Origin: the human T2T-CHM13v2.0 reference genome, Homo sapiens
DNA: 64,000 bases
Assembly (NCBI RefSeq): GCF_009914755.1
Contig: NC_060939.1
Strand: one strand, 5' to 3'
Part shown: positions 59,451 to 64,000 of the stretch, in pieces
Numbering within the stretch: position 1 is the stretch's first letter
Layout of the letters: each line of letters begins with the position of its first letter
Position numbers and translations under genes: made by a program
Notes under the pieces: generated by a model
Told to the model about the DNA's origin: nothing
The model's database searches: none
Seen by the model: the letters and a program-made list of their open reading frames with translations, nothing else

Positions 59451-60524
59451 TACTGTATGGACACGGTTGAATCCAGGTTACTTTTCATCAGGGCATTTAA
59501 AATGTTTCCTAATCCCAGTCTACTTTATTGATCCAAGAGCCATCCCAACGCCTTCCTGCTTGAAGGCCATCCCTCCACTCACCCAGTCTCTATCATGGTC
59601 TTATCTGCCCTCCCCACACCTCCCATCCCCAGCTCAGAAATTCAGATTTCCCCTCTTCTGATCTAAATTTTGCCAGGCAGTGTATCCCACCCAGCCTTTC
59701 TTGCACACACTCCTGTGTCTCTTCCCTGCATTCTTTGTGCCTGCTCTATGTTCAGCCTGGATGAGCCTCGCCTCCCCAGCCACTCTGAGGTTTCCCCCGA
59801 GCAGCCTCCTTGGGCCTCTCCAGGTCATGGAACACACTGTCCTCATGTTAGTGGCCCCAGCACACTTGAAAGCACATGACTATTTGCCTGGGTTTGACCC
59901 CTCATCTCACTTTTCTCTTCTCTCTCCTCTTCTTTCTGGTTTTCCCATCTTTTTCTTTGCGTGTGTATGCAGAATCGTGATGTTTACTTATGCGCAGATA
60001 TAAAGGTTTCATGTGTATTTGTTGAATATCCTCGCTGTGAAAATGGATTAAAAATGTTATGCTGGAAGCCAACACATGATGCAGGCTGACGCAGGTGAGG
60101 AGAAGATTCAGGGGAAGCTCTGGCTTTAGGCTGCTTTGCTGCCTCTGGCCCCCTCTTGGGATCCCCCAATTTTACTCCTCCTCCGCAGGACCGCTGTGCT
60201 GAGGCTGGGACACCCCTTCATCATCTAGGCCTGTTTTGCTCTCTTTTCCTCCTCCTGTCAAAACTTACTTCTGTGCCCACAGCCTCGCTGGCTTGTTAGC
60301 CTCACTGGGGCCATGCTTAGTGAGCACTGGTGTGTGCAATGCTTGGGGCTTTCAGTGGTTTCTCTTTTAATCCTCCCAGCCACCTAGAAGGGAGACATCA
60401 GCATCTGCCTTGTACAGGAAGAAAGTTGAGGCTTACTTGCCTGAGGTCAGCAGCTCAGGTTTGGAGCTGAAATCTTAAACCCAGCTCTCTAAATCTGGTG
60501 TTCTTTCCACTATATCATTATTTC

Positions 60525-60675
60525 CTGAAACAGTTGTCTTAGGAACATCTGAATCAAAATTCAGATCTGGTGAAAGAAAACACAGGCTCCAGGGTGGAAG
60601 CAGGGCTCGAGAACTGGCGTTTTTAAGATTACCTCAGGCGATTCTTCCGCACACCCAGGTTTGGGGACCACTGCC
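60525..60675. mobile_element. MER5-type fossil
   Basis: TTTTAAGATTACCTCAGGCGATTCT...GTTTGGGGACCACTG. Confidence 0.55.
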
Positions 60676-63479
60676 CTGGGCTTCCTTTACAATGTGGTTC
60701 TAGCGACAGGTGGTGGGTTAATACGCCACTTTATCCCAGGCAGCATGTTCCTTTTTGACAGAGGCCCTGACTTTGACTCTAAGGAGTGAGCAATGGAGAG
60801 TTGTGGCCAAGGCCAGGAAGAGGGTCCTCTCTTTTGGCCCGAGGGGTCTTTAGTTCAGTCCTGAAGGCCCAGCCCCCTCAGCTTACTCGAAGGCATGTAA
60901 ACCCACCTGCCACCAGACTCACTGTGAATTTCTTTTGGGACCTGAGCGAGTGCTCAGGGAGAAAGACCGGGGTGGGTTTGTTCAAGAGCCCCAAGTTGCT
61001 TGGTTTGGGACCCCCCGAATAGGGCTGGACAGGCAAAGCCAGCCCCTTCCTCCCTGCAGGCACGGTGAGTTGAACCTCCTTTCCCAGAATGGGATCTGGC
61101 CGTTGACAGATCTCTTTCATTCAACTGGCCTTGCTCCACTTCCTACCCACCCAGCCTCAGTTTCCCCATGTGTAACAAGAGGATGGCCAAAGTCTGGAGG
61201 GCTGGTGGGGGACCAGTGCATGGGTATGCAGAGCTTAAGGCAAAGCCCTAAGGCACATAGCAGGCGCTCAGTGTTAGTTCTCGCCCCATTTCTTTACTCT
61301 GTGCCTGATCAGTGCTTGAGACAATTGGAGCTCAATGTATTGCTGTAACAAAAATGTATATGTAATCTCAGGCCCCCTCAAATCCAGGGTTTTGTGTCTG
61401 AAGGGCACAGGGCTGAATGTTACAACTGTGTATTCAAACCCAGCAAATGAACACTCCCAGCTGCGCGGTGATAGTAATAATGAATTACCCATCCAACATC
61501 CCTGCTCGCCCCACTCCCCTTCCCCAGCTTCCCTTTAGATTGCCCAAAGAAGAACCCATGGAACAAGAGGCAGCAGTTTTGTGTATTGATGCGTTGTCTT
61601 GGGAAAGTGGTCTCTTTCTGTTGACCTCTTTTCCTGTCTACCCCGTCACCCAGCTGAGTGTACTGCCTATGTTGTCTTCTCCTACCAGCCTTTCCGAAGC
61701 TGATCACTGAGGTGTCATCCCAGGCATTGGCGCCCATTAGCCCTGCTTCTCTAGGGCGTGGTCCGAGGGCAGTGAGCCAGGTTCACAGTGCCGCTGTGTC
61801 TTGTCCCAGGAGGGTGGCACTGGGCACCCCACAACCGGGTGGGCAGCATGTGGCCTGCTCCACCCTCCTGGCCCTTGGCCAGCTGCCTAAGGCCTGGCCA
61901 GCAGTGAGGACAAAAGCACGGAGTGATTAATGGGCACCCCATCTAATCTCCTGCCAGGGGAAATGAAGGGCCAGCCATGGGCTGGGAGCTCGTCATGACC
62001 TGCTCCAGGTGGGCTTGGAATGCACCCAGCTCAGGATGGGGATTAAGGCTTGAAAGACAAGAGGAAATGAGATGTTAACCCTTTAGGCCTTGGCCCTCTG
62101 AGCCCCAGTAGGGAAATCACAGGGGAATTATCTGCAGGCATCTGATGAAAGGGGGCATCAGCTTTGATTTATGGTGGGGATGCAGCCATGTGACTACAGG
62201 GGTGGGAGGATGACGAGCTTTGACTTAACCATTTTTCTTGGAGGCACAGTCAGGAGAGAGAAGAAGATTAATTTCCCATGAAAAAGGATAAATGGACTGC
62301 TGGGAGGCTGCCCTACCTGCTTCCTTCTTGGAAACCCTCCGATCATATCAGCAAGCTACAAATTTGTAGTTGCCAGACATACTTTTCCCCCTGAAATGTC
62401 GCGTCTCTGATCACTTGTGATGTGAAGGAAGAGGAGCCCACCTCCTTTCCCCGGCCAGGCAGCAGCGTGGTGGTGCTGAGGAGGAGAGCACTCTGGAGCC
62501 AGGTCCTGAGTTTGAGCCTTGGCTCTACCAAGTTTTGGGCCTTGAACAGGTTCCTTGGCCTCTTGGGCTGTAGTTTTTCCACCTGGAAAATGCTCAAAAC
62601 TATCTCAGGCGTGTAGAAAAGTGCCACTTGAATGTTAGCTATCACTTTTTTTTTTTTTTCCCCACTTTGGCTGAGTCCTGAGCCTGCATCTCCTTTGGGA
62701 AGCACAGAAGCAACTTCTCTTCCAGGGCTCCAAGGCTTGCTTTGGGTAAATTGACAACTGACTCTTTGATTGATCTCCCTTGTTTGACCCCTGACCCTCA
62801 CATGCCTTGGATTCTGTCTGGCTTGCTCCTCCCTTTGCTCCAGCTCCATGGTTTCCAGCTGCCCCTTTGATGACATTACCCTGCCCCTCGTCTCCTGCCC
62901 TCATGCTAGGTTGTCAGACTACTTGTGGGCTGGGCTGTGACATCTGTTGGGTCCTCCAGTGGTACTGGCCAATTCTGCACTGGCTCTGCTCCTTGCTAGC
63001 TTTGTTGTGACCTGATAGTCCCAAGCCAAGTGGCTGAGGGTAGAGAATGCAGCTGTCTTGAGAGGAAAATCAGGAGCCGTGGAGGCCGTCTGGCCTGGAT
63101 GCAAATCCCCACTCTGCCCTGTTTTCTGGTTTCTCTGCCCTCTCATTGCCTTGTTCTTGGTGGGGGATAATAATAGTTATACTTACCTAATGATTGACAG
63201 GAGGATCAAATCCAACCGTGCACATGAGGCCGCTTGGGAATCATGTAGGGGAGTTTATTGCTGGTTGTAAGGTGAGCCCTGAGGGTAGAGCTGTGTCTTC
63301 AAGTTCTGAAGTCTCATTACAGGGCGTGTAGTGACAGTATAGCCTTTAGTTCCATTTAGTTTCTTTTCCAGAGCAGACAAGTACCCAGGACCTGCTTGAC
63401 TTTAGCGATATTTTAGTTGAGGCCCAGGATTTCATTCTGCTTGAAGTTCAGAGGATCTTCTGGTCAGCTAAGCGGGGAG

Positions 63480-63690
63480 GAGCTGCCATTACAGAGCTCC
63501 GTGTCAGGTACTGGGATTTACCTGCGTTCTTTTATTTAATCCTCTCAACAACCTGTGTGAACTAGACACTATTATTTCTACTCTACAGCTAGAAAACTGA
63601 GGCTCAGAGAGGCTAAGGAATGTTCACAGGCTCACACAACAAGTAGACATCAGAATGATGTTTCAATTTCAAGTCATCTGACTCCAAAAC
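63480..63690 (-). mobile_element. MIR SINE
   Basis: ATTTAATCCTCTCAACAACC...GAAAACTGAGGCTCAGAGAGG...TCTGACTCCAAA. Confidence 0.8.
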
Positions 63691-64000
63691 AAATACTGGC
63701 GGTGGGGCCGGAGGGAGGAACTCTCAGGCCAGTTAGTGAGTATCTCAGTGAGGAAAGGTCTCTCCCTGCTCTCAGCCTCTTACAGGATGCTCTGTCTTCT
63801 TGGCCTCTTTCACATGAGCGCATATACGCATAATGCCACTGCTAATATTGCTCTGTTTTCTCCTTGATATCGGCTTATGTTTTAATTTAGCACATGCAGA
63901 TTTGTCTTTTCAACTAATAGGATTTTGTGTCAACATTTCCCACTTGCCACCTAAGCAGGGTTCCCATTTTTTAAAGCACAATGATGCTTTCCATCATTTT

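Noticed and set aside
62343-62876. 177-aa minus-strand ORF
   Set aside because: Runs through a MIR fragment and a poly(T) run; no domain or splice support

Overview
Primate (human-like) genomic DNA, mostly interspersed repeats (Alu, L1, L2/MIR, ERV/MaLR LTRs, DNA transposon fossils). Gene-related content: (i) a full-length processed RPL5 pseudogene on the minus strand (4326-5359); (ii) a spliced 136-codon ORF on the minus strand (53565-53431 joined to 52709-52434) that I recognise as CT62; (iii) a CpG-island promoter (~56.1-57.6 kb) with a plus-strand first exon ending at a CAG|GTGAGC donor at 56981. The order RPL5 pseudogene - CT62 - divergent CpG island matches, from memory only and not from a database check, the 5' end of THSD4 on human 15q23. 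A young 5'-truncated L1PA2-type element (35863-37622) keeps an intact ORF2 C-terminus. I found no convincing new multi-gene system. The most interesting signals are local: the CT62 splice acceptor and start codon lie in an antisense MER94-like MITE; degenerate 10-bp-periodic tracts lie near both candidate promoters; the L1 junction creates an in-frame ATG; one target site was reused by two retrotranspositions; an LTR carries a perfect ERE; and an Alu contains a locally templated insertion. Repeat subfamily names come from remembered consensus sequences, and boundaries of old repeats are approximate.
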